Origin: an uncultured Prochlorococcus sp. | Lineage (GTDB): Bacteria; Cyanobacteriota; Cyanobacteriia; PCC-6307; Cyanobiaceae | DNA: 64,000 nucleotides | NCBI GenBank assembly: GCA_902628235.1 | Contig: CACOMD010000003.1 | Coordinates: 2,393 to 66,392 of the forward strand | Direction: 5' to 3' | Shown: positions 63,187-64,000 of the stretch, in pieces | How the letters are laid out: each line of letters begins with the position of its first letter | How positions within the stretch are numbered: the stretch's first letter is position 1 | Program-made: the position numbers and the translations under genes | The notes under the pieces: generated by a model | Database searches by the model: none | What the model was told of the DNA's origin: nothing | The model's input: the letters and a program-made list of their open reading frames with translations, nothing else

Positions 63187-64000
63187 AGAAATAATAAAAG
63201 ATATTGGAGAAAAAGAATTAATAAGAAGAATCGCAAAATATATGCCAGCCAATCAAACATCAGATGATTGTGCATTCGTAGAAAGCAAAAAAGAAGATTT
63301 ATTAATAAATACTGATTTAATGGTTGAAAATACTCATTTTAATCAAAAAGTAATTTCTCCTAGAGATATTGGATGGAAATCAGTTGCAACAAATTACTCA
63401 GATTTAATTTCTAGTGGATGCATAGAATTTGTTGGAATAAACATTGGATTAGTACTTACCTCAGATACTGAGTGGGAATGGGTTCAAGAGCTCTATGAGG
63501 GGTTTTATGAAGCATTAAAAAAGTTTGGAGGTGCAATATTAGGAGGAGATTGCTCAAGAGGAGAAAATAAAATGATCTCCATAACTGCTATTGGATTACA
63601 GGGTAAACTTAAACTCCGAAGAAATGCATGTGAACCTGGAGAAATATTACTTACAACTGGTATACACGGATTGAGCAAACTAGGTTTACTTTTAAAGAAA
63701 AATCAATTAAACATAGAAGAATTAAACCTTAGCGAAAAATTAATAAATCTATCTATAGATGCGTTTCGCAGGCCAACACCCAAGTCCAAAATTCTAAAAA
63801 CAATCATACAATCAAGTGAATTCTTTATAAAAAAAGAGATTGGATGCACTGATAGCAGCGATGGTTTTTACCAAGCAATTCTTGATTTGTCTAAAGAGAG
63901 CAAATGTAAAGCTGTGATTGACTATCAAAAAATTCCTAAAAGCGATCTTTGGCCAAATGGTGAGAGATGGGACCAATTTTATTTCTTTGGAGGAGAGGAT
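63179..64000 (+). CDS. thiL: Thiamine-monophosphate kinase (partial, runs off the window)
   Basis: Manual translation [18 protein letters not shown]...DDCA...NTD..VENTHF...IGWK...NYSDL...LGGD...TDSSDG...GGED. Confidence 0.92.
   Translation, partial: MHKEIIKDIGEKELIRRIAKYMPANQTSDDCAFVESKKEDLLINTDLMVENTHFNQKVISPRDIGWKSVATNYSDLISSGCIEFVGINIGLVLTSDTEWEWVQELYEGFYEALKKFGGAILGGDCSRGENKMISITAIGLQGKLKLRRNACEPGEILLTTGIHGLSKLGLLLKKNQLNIEELNLSEKLINLSIDAFRRPTPKSKILKTIIQSSEFFIKKEIGCTDSSDGFYQAILDLSKESKCKAVIDYQKIPKSDLWPNGERWDQFYFFGGED

Noticed and set aside
1764-63275. Many 60-130 aa ORFs nested in or antisense to core genes (e.g. 1764-1946, 3355-3663, 19127-20908 group, 31074-31472, 40907-41176, 46949-47203, 63018-63275)
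   Set aside because: They overlap well-supported genes and show no motifs; expected shadow ORFs.

Overview
Low-GC (roughly 30%) picocyanobacterial chromosome, almost certainly Prochlorococcus. Most of the window is syntenic core genome: sufBCDS, def, psbX, accC, smc, two-piece permuted tmRNA, argJ, coaE, gatB, thiO, ndk, speA, alaS, flv3/flv1, mrdA, guaA, cbiD, pdxA, accB, efp, thiL. Two integrative elements sit in the 3' ends of protein-coding genes rather than tRNAs. (1) A ~5.96 kb tyrosine-integrase element (39998-45968) lies between flv3 and flv1, bounded by a 9-bp CACTACTAG direct repeat. By manual scan it contains no CG dinucleotide at all (CG-free from 39893 to 45976), whereas flanking flv3 has about 14 CG per kb. 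Its cargo is a lipoprotein, a DUF2511-like membrane protein, two small RHH-like proteins, a GRPKGSK micro-ORF and two acidic, internally repeated paralogs. (2) A ~1.5 kb integrase-less mini-element (26878-28386) is flanked by synonymous duplicates of the argJ C-terminus (VEINSEYTT*) and carries a YadA-anchor-like surface protein. The two elements share end architecture and exact end motifs. Other points of interest are a tRNA-Leu with an AAG anticodon, a stand-alone LigD-phosphoesterase-like gene, an orphan ParA with a membrane partner, a solo RecB/Cas4-like nuclease, and several unannotated small ORFs and sRNA candidates. All calls are from reading the sequence; no database searches were run.
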